Shown here one piece after another: positions 50,248 to 60,237 of a stretch of DNA of 64,000 nt; the stretch's first letter is position 1, and every line of letters starts with the position of its first letter. Under the pieces are notes generated by a model. The model made no database searches, had not been told where the DNA came from, and saw only the letters and a program-made list of their open reading frames with translations. Source of the DNA: Parcubacteria group bacterium (GTDB lineage: Bacteria > Patescibacteriota > Minisyncoccia > Moranbacterales > UBA9337); contig JBAZSW010000004.1 of the NCBI GenBank assembly GCA_041662245.1, positions 75,454-139,453 of the forward strand, read 5' to 3'. The translations under genes were made by a program, and so were the position numbers.

Positions 50248-51416
50248 TTATTTTTTATTTTATTATAAATATTTATGATTTCCTCTGCTGAAGATTCCCA
50301 AGTAAACTTTTCAATTAATTTTTTGGAGATTTCAGACATTAGCTTTATATTACCTTTATTTCTAAAAAAATACAAAATACCTTCCACGAGCCCATCAGCA
50401 TCAAATTCTTTTACATAATAACCTGCTTCGCCTAGATATCGCCTGTTGTTTTCTCTATCAAAACAAACTACCGGAAGCCCTGCGGCCATATATTGCAAGA
50501 TTTTTCCACTCGCTTGTCCCACTTGGGAAGTTTTGGGATCTATAGCAATATCACCCATTTTATTTACTCTTGGAAGATCAAAATAATTCAAAGGACTAAT
50601 TAACTTTACTACATTTTCTAAATTATTTTTTTTTATAAAATTTTCGATATTTTCTCTTGGCCCCCCCGCTAAAATAAAACTTATTCCTCCCAAATTCATT
50701 TTGGAAATTTTCAAAATTGCCTCCAGTAAAATATTAATTCCTTTATTGTTTACAAAAGCTCCCGAATAAATGACTTTTAATTCATCAACATTTTCCTCTT
50801 TCTTAAAATCATTTTTTTTATATTTATCTATGTTGACTCCATCTAAGACGACTCCGACATTATTTACCTTACCTAACCGATTTATTTTTCCCATCAACTC
50901 ATTTGAACTGGCAATAGTAAAGTCACCTAATTTAAAAATTATTTTTTCCAATAAATTAAAAATCTTCCTGACAAATCCCCCATTTAAATATCCATGAGAT
51001 TCCATCTCACTCACTAACTCTCCGTGAAAATCAGCCACCAATTTAATTTTTCGCCAAAAGAATAAATATTTGACAATCCAGCCAATTAATACCCCCTCGT
51101 GCAAATGAGCATGAATTATATCTGGCTTTTTTAAAAAAACTATTTTAGAAGTTTTCCAAATAAGCAATATATCCAATACCACTTTTTGCCAATCAGCTCC
51201 CGCTTCTCTTTTATTATACCAAAAAAGAAGTCGCGCCACTCGATAAACTTTTATTTTTGAATCTTCATTAATTTCATTTACATTGCGTCCCAAATGATAA
51301 GTAACGATATTCACTTCCACTCCTTTTTTTTCCAAAGCCAAAGCTTCTTCCAAAATCCTCATTGGAGTTCCTCTGTCTACAAAAAATGGCACAGGCGCCA
51401 CCATGGTTACTTTCAT
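50244..51416 (-). CDS. Glycosyltransferase family 4
   Basis: PFFVDRGTPMRI, IIHAHLHEG, KILQYMAAGLPVV. Confidence 0.9.
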   Translation of the reverse strand: MKVTMVAPVPFFVDRGTPMRILEEALALEKKGVEVNIVTYHLGRNVNEINEDSKIKVYRVARLLFWYNKREAGADWQKVVLDILLIWKTSKIVFLKKPDIIHAHLHEGVLIGWIVKYLFFWRKIKLVADFHGELVSEMESHGYLNGGFVRKIFNLLEKIIFKLGDFTIASSNELMGKINRLGKVNNVGVVLDGVNIDKYKKNDFKKEENVDELKVIYSGAFVNNKGINILLEAILKISKMNLGGISFILAGGPRENIENFIKKNNLENVVKLISPLNYFDLPRVNKMGDIAIDPKTSQVGQASGKILQYMAAGLPVVCFDRENNRRYLGEAGYYVKEFDADGLVEGILYFFRNKGNIKLMSEISKKLIEKFTWESSAEEIINIYNKIKNK

Positions 51417-51648
51417 AAAAAAATAAATTAATTTCGAATTTGAGTCAAAAAAATAATTTTGATTATTTGAAATTTAAATTAAATGCAATAACACAACTAA
51501 TTTCTCAATGTAACAATACTATTTTTCATTAAGTCATTATTGAATTATAAATTCATTCGAAATTCAAAATTGGAAATTCAAAATTTAACTAAAGTATAAA
51601 AAAACTGCTTGCTTTAAATTATACGTATTGAAAAAAATTATTATTCAT

Positions 51649-52515
51649 CTATCCTATTTTCCCTGTACTCCCAAACATATCCATTTTTTTCTTAACTACC
51701 TCGGTAACAGCGCTTCTGGCCGCTCCTAGATGTTCCCTTACATCAAATGACAATGATTTTTTACTATCAATAGTCTTTCCCAAGCTGCTTACAAAAGCTA
51801 CCCGTGAAGCAGTATCTACATTAAAACAATTTATCCCTCTTCTGACTGCTTCCGTAGTTTTTTCTTCTTCCCAATCGGAGGCACCATGCATAATAAGTGG
51901 CATATTCAATCTTCTATTAATTTCACCCAACCTCTCATAATCTGGTTCTGGTCGTTCCTTAGCAAAGTCATGAGCATTACCCACTGCCACAGCCAACGCA
52001 TCCACCCCTGTTTCTCTCACAAATTCTTCCGCCTGAGCAGGATCAGTCATATAATCATCCCAATTAATTTCCACCGAACCTACTTCTTTTAAATAAGGAA
52101 CATTTCCTAATTCTCCTTGAATAGTCACTCCTTTTTTATGACAAAAATCCGCAATTTTTTTCGTAGTCATCAAATTGTCAGAATATTTTTTTCTTGATCC
52201 ATCATACATCACTGAATTAAGTCCGATTTCTATAGCTCTTTGGACCACTTCGAAATCTTTTCCATGATCTAAGTGAATTCCTACAGGAATATGAGGATAA
52301 TAGTATTCCACTAAATTTTTAATCAACGCATACATTACTCTTCCTCCAGAATAATCCATTGTTTTTTCTGTTATTTGGATAATTACCGGAGAGTTTTTTT
52401 CTTTAGCCGCTTCTAAAATAGCTTGGGTAAATTCCAAATTAATTGTATTAAAGGCCCCCACAGCATAGTTTCCCGTGTTCGCATCATCCAATATTTTCTT
52501 TACTTTTTCTAACAT
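51649..52515 (-). CDS. fba: Class II fructose-bisphosphate aldolase
   Basis: YAVGAFN, HLDHG, SVMYDGS, AVGNAH, MHGAS. Confidence 0.93.
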   Translation of the reverse strand: MLEKVKKILDDANTGNYAVGAFNTINLEFTQAILEAAKEKNSPVIIQITEKTMDYSGGRVMYALIKNLVEYYYPHIPVGIHLDHGKDFEVVQRAIEIGLNSVMYDGSRKKYSDNLMTTKKIADFCHKKGVTIQGELGNVPYLKEVGSVEINWDDYMTDPAQAEEFVRETGVDALAVAVGNAHDFAKERPEPDYERLGEINRRLNMPLIMHGASDWEEEKTTEAVRRGINCFNVDTASRVAFVSSLGKTIDSKKSLSFDVREHLGAARSAVTEVVKKKMDMFGSTGKIG

Positions 52516-52530
52516 TTATTTATATTTTAA

Positions 52531-53295
52531 TTAATTATTTTCCAAAAATTCAGCTATCTTAATAAAGCTTTCTACGTGCAATGATTCTCCGCCCACTAAA
52601 ACACCATTCATTCCAGAGTTAATACAAACTTCTTTTATATCCTTAGTATCCACCGATCCTCCATAAATAATTTGAGGCATTTTATCAAAGGTCAAATCAA
52701 ATTTATCTGCCAATATTTTTTGCATCAAAATTCTAGCTTCCATTATCTCATCACTAGTAGGAACTTTTCCACTTCCGATTGCCCAAACTGGCTCATAAGC
52801 AATTATTATTTGAGAAAATTTTGTTTTGGAAATATCTTGCAAACCTTCCATCAGTTGCTTAGAGATTACATTTTTTATCTCGCCATTTATTCTCTCATTG
52901 GCCGTTTCACCGATACAAATTATCGGGGTTAGCCCATTTTTTAGAGATATTTTTATTTTTTTATTGATAATTTCATTATCTTCATTAAAATAATTTCTTC
53001 TCTCGCTATGCCCGATAATAACATAATCTCCCCCAAAATTTTTCACCATTGGCGCAGAAATCTCCCCCGTAAATCTTCCGCTAGCCTCTTGGTGGATATT
53101 TTGTGCTCCCAAAGAAACTTTAGCTAAATCAATTTTCTTTCGAAAAGTTTCTAAATGAATAAAGGGGGGACAAATAATTAATTTTACATTTTTAAATTTT
53201 TTTCCTTCAAGTCCACTTTCGAAACTTTTGAAATAGTTCTCTCGCTCTATCTCGGAAATGAGATTCATTTTTAAATTACCTACTATAAATTTCAT
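52531..53295 (-). CDS. tpiA: Triosephosphate isomerase
   Basis: GNLKMN, IIGHSERR, AYEPVWAIGSG, YGGSV, LVGGESL. Confidence 0.97.
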   Translation of the reverse strand: MKFIVGNLKMNLISEIERENYFKSFESGLEGKKFKNVKLIICPPFIHLETFRKKIDLAKVSLGAQNIHQEASGRFTGEISAPMVKNFGGDYVIIGHSERRNYFNEDNEIINKKIKISLKNGLTPIICIGETANERINGEIKNVISKQLMEGLQDISKTKFSQIIIAYEPVWAIGSGKVPTSDEIMEARILMQKILADKFDLTFDKMPQIIYGGSVDTKDIKEVCINSGMNGVLVGGESLHVESFIKIAEFLENN

Positions 53296-53391
53296 ATATT
53301 TTTATTTTTTATTTCAATTTCAAAATTTATGCATTTAAATTATTAAGATAAAAAAATATCAATTTTAATTTAAAGAAACAAAAAAATGAGT

Positions 53392-54630
53392 TTATTTTTT
53401 TATATTTCTAATCAAATCCTCCATTTTGACAATTTTGCTTTCGCTAGAAGTTCTTTTTTTTATTTCTGCTCCACCAGCTATCAGTGACTTTTCGCTTATC
53501 ACCACTCGATAAGGAATTCCAATTAAATCGCTATCTGCAAATTTTTCTCCCGCCCGTACATCTCTATCATCAAATAGAACTTCTATATTTTGTGCAATCA
53601 AATCATCGTAAATTTTTTGCGCTTCCTTGTCTTTTCCAAGACTAATTAAATGCACGACAAATGGTGCGACACTCTCAGGCCAAATAATTCCCTTTTCATC
53701 GGCAAAATGCTCTGCAATTACACCCATTAAGCGAGTTATACCAATACCATATGAACCAAGATAGACAGAAATTTGTTTTCCATTTTCATCAGTTACAAAT
53801 AATTTCATATCGTCACATTTGGAAGTGCCGAAATTGAATATATTTCCTACTTCTGCCGATTTCACTTTAGTTAATTCATCTTTAGAAACTCCTAATTCTT
53901 TTAAAACAGTATCCTCCATGACTTCTTCATTTACTGCCAATCCTTTTTCCTTATTAACATAAATAAAATCTTCTCCTGCCTCTGTAATTGTTTGGAATTC
54001 GTGGCTATATTTAGTAAAAGCTCCCCCCGCAGCAAAAGTTATATAAGTAATATCACCCAATCCTACTCGATTAAAAACATTCATATAGGCATTTTTTACA
54101 CTTTCATAAAAAGCTAGATGTCTTTTTTCATCCACATCATAACTGTATAAATCTTTCATTACAAATTCCCTTCCGCGCATAATTCCACTTTTGGCCCTAA
54201 GTTCATTTCTTAATTTTGTCTGAAATTGATAAGCATAAACTGGGAAATCTCGATAGCTAGAAAGAAATCTTTTCATCATTTGAGTAATCGGCTCTTCGTG
54301 TGACCAACCAAAGCCAACCTCTGCTTCATTTTTAAGTTTTGATTTAAACCACACATCCACCACCTCATCACTCCACCGACCGGTTGATTGCCAAACCTCT
54401 TTGGGCTGCAAAGATGACATAATTATTTCTTGTCCCCCAATCGCATTCATCTCTTCTCTTGCAATTGTTTTGATTTTTTCAATAACTCGAATTCCTAAGG
54501 GCAAATAAGCATATACTCCTGCCATTTCTTTGTTGATAAAACCAGCCCTGATCAAAAGCTGAGCATTTTTTGACACTTCATCTTTAGGAAAGTCTTTAGA
54601 TGTTTTGGTAAATAGTTGTGATTGCTTCAT
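53392..54630 (-). CDS. proS: Proline--tRNA ligase (short, no editing insertion)
   Basis: LLIRAGFI, RNELRAKSGIMRGREFVMKDLYS, EVGNIF, GSYGIGITR. Confidence 0.96.
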   Translation of the reverse strand: MKQSQLFTKTSKDFPKDEVSKNAQLLIRAGFINKEMAGVYAYLPLGIRVIEKIKTIAREEMNAIGGQEIIMSSLQPKEVWQSTGRWSDEVVDVWFKSKLKNEAEVGFGWSHEEPITQMMKRFLSSYRDFPVYAYQFQTKLRNELRAKSGIMRGREFVMKDLYSYDVDEKRHLAFYESVKNAYMNVFNRVGLGDITYITFAAGGAFTKYSHEFQTITEAGEDFIYVNKEKGLAVNEEVMEDTVLKELGVSKDELTKVKSAEVGNIFNFGTSKCDDMKLFVTDENGKQISVYLGSYGIGITRLMGVIAEHFADEKGIIWPESVAPFVVHLISLGKDKEAQKIYDDLIAQNIEVLFDDRDVRAGEKFADSDLIGIPYRVVISEKSLIAGGAEIKKRTSSESKIVKMEDLIRNIKK

Positions 54631-54740
54631 ATAAGTTTATATTATTCTAAATAAAGCTTATGGTCAAACAATAATATTCATTAAATAGTTCATGCATCAG
54701 TAAATCAGTCCCTTACAAGAATATTAAATTTGAAATTTTG

Positions 54741-55898
54741 CTAAAATATATTTTTTATCTTATCTACAATCTCAAACTGGATGAAATCATGAAAAGTAAC
54801 CACTACCATCAAAAGTAACAATAATAAAAATCCAATTGAATTAGCCATACTTTCAAATTTTTGATTAACTGGGGAGCCTTTTAATTTTTCAATTAAAATA
54901 AAAAATATTCTTCCTCCGTCCAGTGCAGGAAAAGGCAAAATATTAATTATGGCCAGATTAATGCTAAGCATAGCGGCAAACTGTAAAATATAAGTAAAAC
55001 CAAGCGCACTTACTTGTTTGGTCATAATTGCAATTCCAATTGGCCCCGCTACGTCCATAGACGGTTTATTTCCCATAATCAATTGCCCTAGCAGAGCAAA
55101 AAGCGTAGTTACGATAAGAATAGTCATATCAACAACTGCTTCCAATCCTCTACCGATTGATTCATACCATGGGTAATCAATCAAAGCTGTTCTGGCCAAT
55201 CCTACTCCTAGAGCACCTTGATCACTAGGATAATCTACGCGAGGAATGCCACTTAGGCTAAGAATGTCCCCTCCTCTTTTGATAGTCAAAACTATTTCTT
55301 TGCCTTTGCGACCATCAATATATTTTTTCAATTCTTCAACTTTACTCACATATTGACACTCATCATTTCCTGAACAAATTTTTACCACTTGATCTCCGAT
55401 TGCCAGTCCCATTTCTTTAGCAGGAGTTCCCTCTACCACTTGAGAGATCTGCACTTTGGCGTCTTTGGCTTTTTGCGTATCACTGATAGCTTCTGGCGCC
55501 CCTTGAGAAAAAACAATAGCTAAAAGAAACCACGCTAAAATAAAATTCATCGTTACTCCTGCTGCTAGAACTTTTATTCTCACCCAAGCGGATTTAGTAA
55601 CAAAGCTATCTTTATCATTTTTGGCATTGCCGTTTTCTCCTTTAATATTTACAAATCCTCCCAATGGAATCCAATTAAGAGAAAAAATTGTATTTTTCGA
55701 TTTAACTGTTTTTCCGCCCCAAATTATTTTATATTTGCCGGTTTTTTCATTTTTTACCGCTCCTACAATTCTAGGAGGAAAACCAAAACCAAATTCATCA
55801 GCTTTGATACCATTGCGAATAGCCACTAAAAAATGTCCCAACTCATGAACGAAAATTAAAACTCCCAAAATCAAAATAAAGATGATCGCTGTTATCAT
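54741..55898 (-). CDS. rseP: Site-2 protease RseP (M50, PDZ)
   Basis: HELGH, IPLGGFV, NILPFPALDGG. Confidence 0.95.
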   Translation of the reverse strand: MITAIIFILILGVLIFVHELGHFLVAIRNGIKADEFGFGFPPRIVGAVKNEKTGKYKIIWGGKTVKSKNTIFSLNWIPLGGFVNIKGENGNAKNDKDSFVTKSAWVRIKVLAAGVTMNFILAWFLLAIVFSQGAPEAISDTQKAKDAKVQISQVVEGTPAKEMGLAIGDQVVKICSGNDECQYVSKVEELKKYIDGRKGKEIVLTIKRGGDILSLSGIPRVDYPSDQGALGVGLARTALIDYPWYESIGRGLEAVVDMTILIVTTLFALLGQLIMGNKPSMDVAGPIGIAIMTKQVSALGFTYILQFAAMLSINLAIINILPFPALDGGRIFFILIEKLKGSPVNQKFESMANSIGFLLLLLLMVVVTFHDFIQFEIVDKIKNIF

Positions 55899-55993
55899 AA
55901 CAAAAAATATAATATTTAAGATTTAGTGCCAATTCAAAATAGTATGACACTAACATCCTCTATAATAGCCTAATTATAAGAATAAGCCAACTA

Positions 55994-56022
55994 TTGACTT
56001 TTTTATGTTTTTGGTGTATAAT
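55994..56022 (+). promoter_or_regulatory. Sigma70 promoter
   Basis: TTGACT-17 bp-TATAAT. Confidence 0.8.
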
Positions 56023-56109
56023 TTAAAATCGTAGCTTATGGATAGTTTTTTAGATATATTGACCCAAAAAGGTTAATATTATATCATTTTCCTATTATGG
56101 AGGTTTACT

Positions 56110-56484
56110 ATGGAAATGGATCTCGATCTTTTTTGTCTTATAGTAATTTTTACCGCAGGAACCCTAACTTCTTTCATCATATTTTCTTCAAAACTTGCTC
56201 CAACAACAAAAAGAGTGGCATTAATTGCAGTATTTGCAGTTCAAATGTTATCTCTTGTTTGGGCAACTTCACCAAATTCACCCATTGTAAATAAAGAGGA
56301 TGGTAAACTGGCCGAAAGTCTCAAGGGAATAGACAATCACGGGAAAACTATTCGAGGGCAAAGAGAGGAGAAAGTATGGTCCTTTGGCAATGTTTACGTT
56401 GTCGAAAGAACAATTGTTTATAAACTTCCATTGGGAACGATATACGTTCCTGAAAAAAGGAGAATCATCCACTTAAAATTGTGA
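56110..56484 (+). CDS. Orphan 2-TM protein
   Basis: GGAGGT SD, own promoter and terminator. Confidence 0.72.
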   Translation: MEMDLDLFCLIVIFTAGTLTSFIIFSSKLAPTTKRVALIAVFAVQMLSLVWATSPNSPIVNKEDGKLAESLKGIDNHGKTIRGQREEKVWSFGNVYVVERTIVYKLPLGTIYVPEKRRIIHLKL

Positions 56485-56489
56485 GGGTT

Positions 56490-56520
56490 CAAGCCAAATA
56501 CGATGTTCGTATTTGGCTTG
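56490..56520 (+). terminator. Intrinsic terminator
   Basis: caagccaaatacga-tgt-tcgtatttggcttg then T tract. Confidence 0.8.
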
Positions 56521-56806
56521 TTATTTTTTTGTAGAATTATAATCCTACTCTATTAGGCTGACTCCTCAATTTGCACCTCCTTTTTCATTTCTAACAAGGA
56601 GAGAATAAATTAACAAAACAATTCCACAAATAAAAATAGTTATGAAAAACACTATTCTCTTCATTTTGTCCACTATGTTAGATTAATAAAAACATCAGTT
56701 ACTCAATTAATAATTTCCAGCCATCATAATACTAATTGCAATTATTATAAAACAAAAAAACGGATTTATATCAAAAAATTCAAATCCGTTTTTTCTAAAA
56801 AATTTT

Positions 56807-57130
56807 TTATTCAACAATTACGGCTGTGCCATAACATAAAACTTCGGTTACTCCGCCCATCACATCATTAGCGTCATATCTCACTGAAATAATAGCGTTG
56901 GCTCCGAGCTCCTCGGCATGCTTTACCATTAACTCATAAGCCTCTTCCCTGGCTTTTTCACAAAGAGAGGTAAATAAGGTAATATTTCCTCCCAAAATAG
57001 TTTGCAGTGATCCGCCAATCGAACCAAAAATATTCCTCGATCGCACCGTAATCCCTCGCGTCATTCCTAAATTTTGAGTTATCTTTTTTCCTGGCAATTC
57101 TAAAGCTGTAGTTATGTTTTTATGATCCAT
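56807..57130 (-). CDS. YbjQ/UPF0145 family protein
   Basis: [29 protein letters not shown]. Confidence 0.92.
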   Translation of the reverse strand: MDHKNITTALELPGKKITQNLGMTRGITVRSRNIFGSIGGSLQTILGGNITLFTSLCEKAREEAYELMVKHAEELGANAIISVRYDANDVMGGVTEVLCYGTAVIVE

Positions 57131-57142
57131 ATTTTTATATAA

Positions 57143-57340
57143 TTAATCATTACTAGTATTAATGCCGAGAATTTTATACAAATAGCAATATCCCGTAACA
57201 GCAGTAAAAATCAAAGCCAAGCCTACAGCATATACTAAGAGAGCGATAATTCCAGAGAATGAAGCGTAAGCGAAAAAAACAATTACAACTCCTAAAATTG
57301 CGCGAATTGCGCGATCCCATGTGCCTTCATTTTTTTGCAT
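57143..57340 (-). CDS. DUF2892-family small membrane protein
   Basis: KNEGTWDRAIR...TGYCYLYKILGINT. Confidence 0.85.
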   Translation of the reverse strand: MQKNEGTWDRAIRAILGVVIVFFAYASFSGIIALLVYAVGLALIFTAVTGYCYLYKILGINTSND

Positions 57341-57481
57341 ATTTTTTTATCCCGTTAAATTATGGCTGTTCATTTATTTAACTAAGATTATCATTAGACT
57401 ACTTATTATTTTACTCTTTTATTTAATTTTATGCCAATATTTTATCGAACTTCATCACAAATTCAACCATTAAAAAATAGT

Positions 57482-58306
57482 TTATCTCATCACCGCCACT
57501 CCAATAATAATTATTGCCAATACCAACCGATACCAAAAAAATGTTTTATAACTATAATTTTCAACAAATTTAATCAGATATTTTATAGCAACATAACCAC
57601 TAAAGGCCGAAAAAATAATTCCCATTAAAATTTCACTACTAATTCCAGCTTTCATTAATTCTGGAATTTTAGTAAGAGTAGCTCCAAAAATTATCGGGGT
57701 TGAAAGTAAAAAAGAAAATCTGGCCGCACTCACCCTATCTAATCCCATTGCCAATCCAGCTGAAATGGTCGCTCCTGAACGAGACACCCCAGGGATAATT
57801 GCCACCGCCTGAGAGAGTCCAATGATTAAAACGTCTTTAATATTTATTTTATCTAATTGTCTTTTTCCTAAAGCGTATTTATCTAATAAGAATAAAACTA
57901 ATCCAAAAAAAGCTAAGGCAAAAGCAATTATATAGGGACTGCGAAAAATAGTTTCTACATAACTTTCTAAAAAAAATCCAATCACTGCTCCGGGAATTGT
58001 GCCAATCATAAGTAACCACAAAATATTTTTATTATACGAACAGGCCAGTGCCCTATCCCTACCTTCACATTTTTTATTGTAGGAACGGGGTAGTACCCCG
58101 TTCTTAAAAATTTCCACCCAATCTTGCCAAAAATAAATTACTACCGCCAAAAGTGTCCCCGCGTGAAGTGCCACATCAAAAGCCAGTCCTGGGTCTTTCC
58201 AATGAGTAAAAAAGGGAACCGAAACAAGATGTGCCGTGGACGAAATTGGCAGAAATTCTCCCAAGCCTTGTACGATTCCTAATGTGATTGATTGCAACAA
58301 ATCCAT
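57482..58306 (-). CDS. uppP: Undecaprenyl-diphosphate phosphatase with in-frame REP doublet
   Basis: QGLGEFLPISSTAH, PGVSRSGATI, ARFSFLL. Confidence 0.96.
   Translation of the reverse strand: MDLLQSITLGIVQGLGEFLPISSTAHLVSVPFFTHWKDPGLAFDVALHAGTLLAVVIYFWQDWVEIFKNGVLPRSYNKKCEGRDRALACSYNKNILWLLMIGTIPGAVIGFFLESYVETIFRSPYIIAFALAFFGLVLFLLDKYALGKRQLDKINIKDVLIIGLSQAVAIIPGVSRSGATISAGLAMGLDRVSAARFSFLLSTPIIFGATLTKIPELMKAGISSEILMGIIFSAFSGYVAIKYLIKFVENYSYKTFFWYRLVLAIIIIGVAVMR
58035..58106. repeat. Inverted doublet of GTAG-type REP-like palindromes inside uppP
   Basis: minus GTAGGGATAGGGCACTGGCCTGTTCGTA (58062-58035); plus GTAGGAACGGGGTAGTACCCCGTTCTTA (58079-58106); 16-bp spacer. Confidence 0.85.
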
Positions 58307-58382
58307 AATTTTAGCTTATTAATTTTTAGTTAGTAGCTCTTTAGACATTTCTAAATTCCCAACTTCTTAAATTCATAATCTT

Positions 58383-58826
58383 TCATTTAAATCCCTTAGC
58401 ATAATCGCCAAAGCTTATTCCATAATTTTTAGCCCAAACATCCATATTAATAAATTTGTTTTGAGTAACTTTAACTCTTAAATATTGGTGTGGTGAAATA
58501 TACCAAATCAAAGTCCACTTTAAAATGATGTCATCTTCTTTAAAAAAATTACTTTTTATCAACAATATCCGAGCTATATAATTAATATTCGTACAATGCA
58601 AAAACCCATTTTGATTCCAAAAAAAATTAATATCATTCTTAAAAATAGCTGGAAATCTTAAGTAAGTCATAACTCGAGCACCTTGATATTTTTTATTCAA
58701 AATATCATAAACCTTTTTTAAGCAATCTTCTTTACTAAAAGATTTTTTTAAATCATTAACAACCTCCTCCATTTCAACAGGTAGTTTTTGAGGTAATCTT
58801 GTTTTAGAAAATAAATCTAGAGGCAT
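58383..58826 (-). CDS. Transglutaminase-like (Cys-His-Asp) protein
   Basis: HCTNINY...PHQYL...MDVW spacing. Confidence 0.55.
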   Translation of the reverse strand: MPLDLFSKTRLPQKLPVEMEEVVNDLKKSFSKEDCLKKVYDILNKKYQGARVMTYLRFPAIFKNDINFFWNQNGFLHCTNINYIARILLIKSNFFKEDDIILKWTLIWYISPHQYLRVKVTQNKFINMDVWAKNYGISFGDYAKGFK

Positions 58827-58830
58827 AAGA

Positions 58831-58976
58831 TTTAATTTTAAATTTGAAATTTAGATTCAAATTCTAATTTATTAATTTTTCAAATATTTAAAATTTATTT
58901 TCTGAATTATTTTTTAACCTTATAATTTTAATCATTAAAAATTCATTTGAAATTCAAAATTTGAAATTTGAAATTT
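58831..58976. repeat. Empty inverted heptamer-arm element
   Basis: Right arm attcatttgaaattcaaaatttgaaatttgaaattt near-identical to 9730-9764. Confidence 0.7.
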
Positions 58977-59024
58977 AGATATAAAATTCTATTTTATAAA
59001 CATTACAACTTTAAAAACTATTTC

Positions 59025-60155
59025 CTAATAAACAATCACCGGCATCCCTATCTCCGCCCAATTATAAACAAACTCGGCTGGCCCCACTCCCAATCGCATA
59101 CAACCATGAGAAACAGGAATACCTAAGTGATTTTGTCCCTCCTTATAACCACTGGGCCACTCAGGGAGTTCATGAATCCCAAATTTACCACTCGGAGCAA
59201 TGGCCATCCAATAAGGCATATACAATCCATAATTTTTTGACCAAGCCCGCGGAGTTTTGTTATAAATTCTATGTTCACCCTTAGGAGTATCCATCCCGCG
59301 CTTTCCCGAGGAAATCAGAAATGAATCAATTATTTTTCCATCTTGGAAAACAGTCATAATTTGCGTCGATAAATTTACATCGATATATTTGCCTTCCCTA
59401 ATTTTCGCTTGAGTAAATTCTTTGGCCTGCTCCACCCTTTGGACTAAGTTTTCCGCCCAAGTTATCGGCTCAGGAGCCATCGTCGTAAAAGATGTTTGAT
59501 AAATTTGATTATAGGTATTGTCACTAGCCTTTTTAGCTTTAGCAAAAATCGTAAGGGTATACAAAGTATTATCTTTTAAATTTTCCTGAGGAAGAATTTC
59601 AAATTGAGTTTTATTCTCATTATTTTTATATTTCACTCCTGTTTCGGGAGAAAGTTTAAAATCAATAAAAAAATTCTCAGTTGATTTATCAAATTTTACA
59701 CCAATAGGATCTTCGATATCCAAACGTACATCAACTTCTCCACCTTTGGGAGCAACTCCTAAAACTCTAGGGTAACCAACAGTTTTAAAATCAAATTTAT
59801 CTGATTTTATCTGCATAAAATTTTTAGCTCGACCATCTGGCAAAATTAATTGATAAGCTGTATCTACTCTCCAGGCTGTTTCGGGGGTAATAGTTATCTT
59901 TGTCAGAGTTTCATCTATTTTGGCTTGCATAGGAGTTTCTGGAGTTATTTTAATATTATTCTGATAATATTTAATATCAATTGGTTTGGTAAAATTAATC
60001 ACCACCGAATCATTAGGTAAAAATTCTAAAAAATTTTTATTTTCGGCACTAGGAGTTAAAACGAACTGCGAAGAAAAAGCGTAAGTATAGACACCTAAAG
60101 AAATTACCCCTAAAAAGAAAAACAAAAAAATTATTAACTTGTATATTTTTTTCAT
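59025..60155 (-). CDS. L,D-transpeptidase (YkuD domain) with Ig-like domains
   Basis: ISSGK..TPKG, MPYWM, GIHELP, SHGCMRL; start set at ATG 60155. Confidence 0.9.
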   Translation of the reverse strand: MKKIYKLIIFLFFFLGVISLGVYTYAFSSQFVLTPSAENKNFLEFLPNDSVVINFTKPIDIKYYQNNIKITPETPMQAKIDETLTKITITPETAWRVDTAYQLILPDGRAKNFMQIKSDKFDFKTVGYPRVLGVAPKGGEVDVRLDIEDPIGVKFDKSTENFFIDFKLSPETGVKYKNNENKTQFEILPQENLKDNTLYTLTIFAKAKKASDNTYNQIYQTSFTTMAPEPITWAENLVQRVEQAKEFTQAKIREGKYIDVNLSTQIMTVFQDGKIIDSFLISSGKRGMDTPKGEHRIYNKTPRAWSKNYGLYMPYWMAIAPSGKFGIHELPEWPSGYKEGQNHLGIPVSHGCMRLGVGPAEFVYNWAEIGMPVIVY

Positions 60156-60237
60156 ATATAACACAATTTTTAAATTCTCCAACCCTTATAGTATATTATT
60201 TAAAATACTAAAAAGCTACCCGCTAAAACCTAACTAG

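Noticed and set aside
56566-56664. 32-aa minus-strand TM ORF (MKRIVFFITIF...)
   Set aside because: Too short, no SD or motif; could be a gene fragment
57349-57388. Degenerate palindromes here and at 20161-20179 and 40149-40167
   Set aside because: Possibly decayed repeat copies but too weak to call singly
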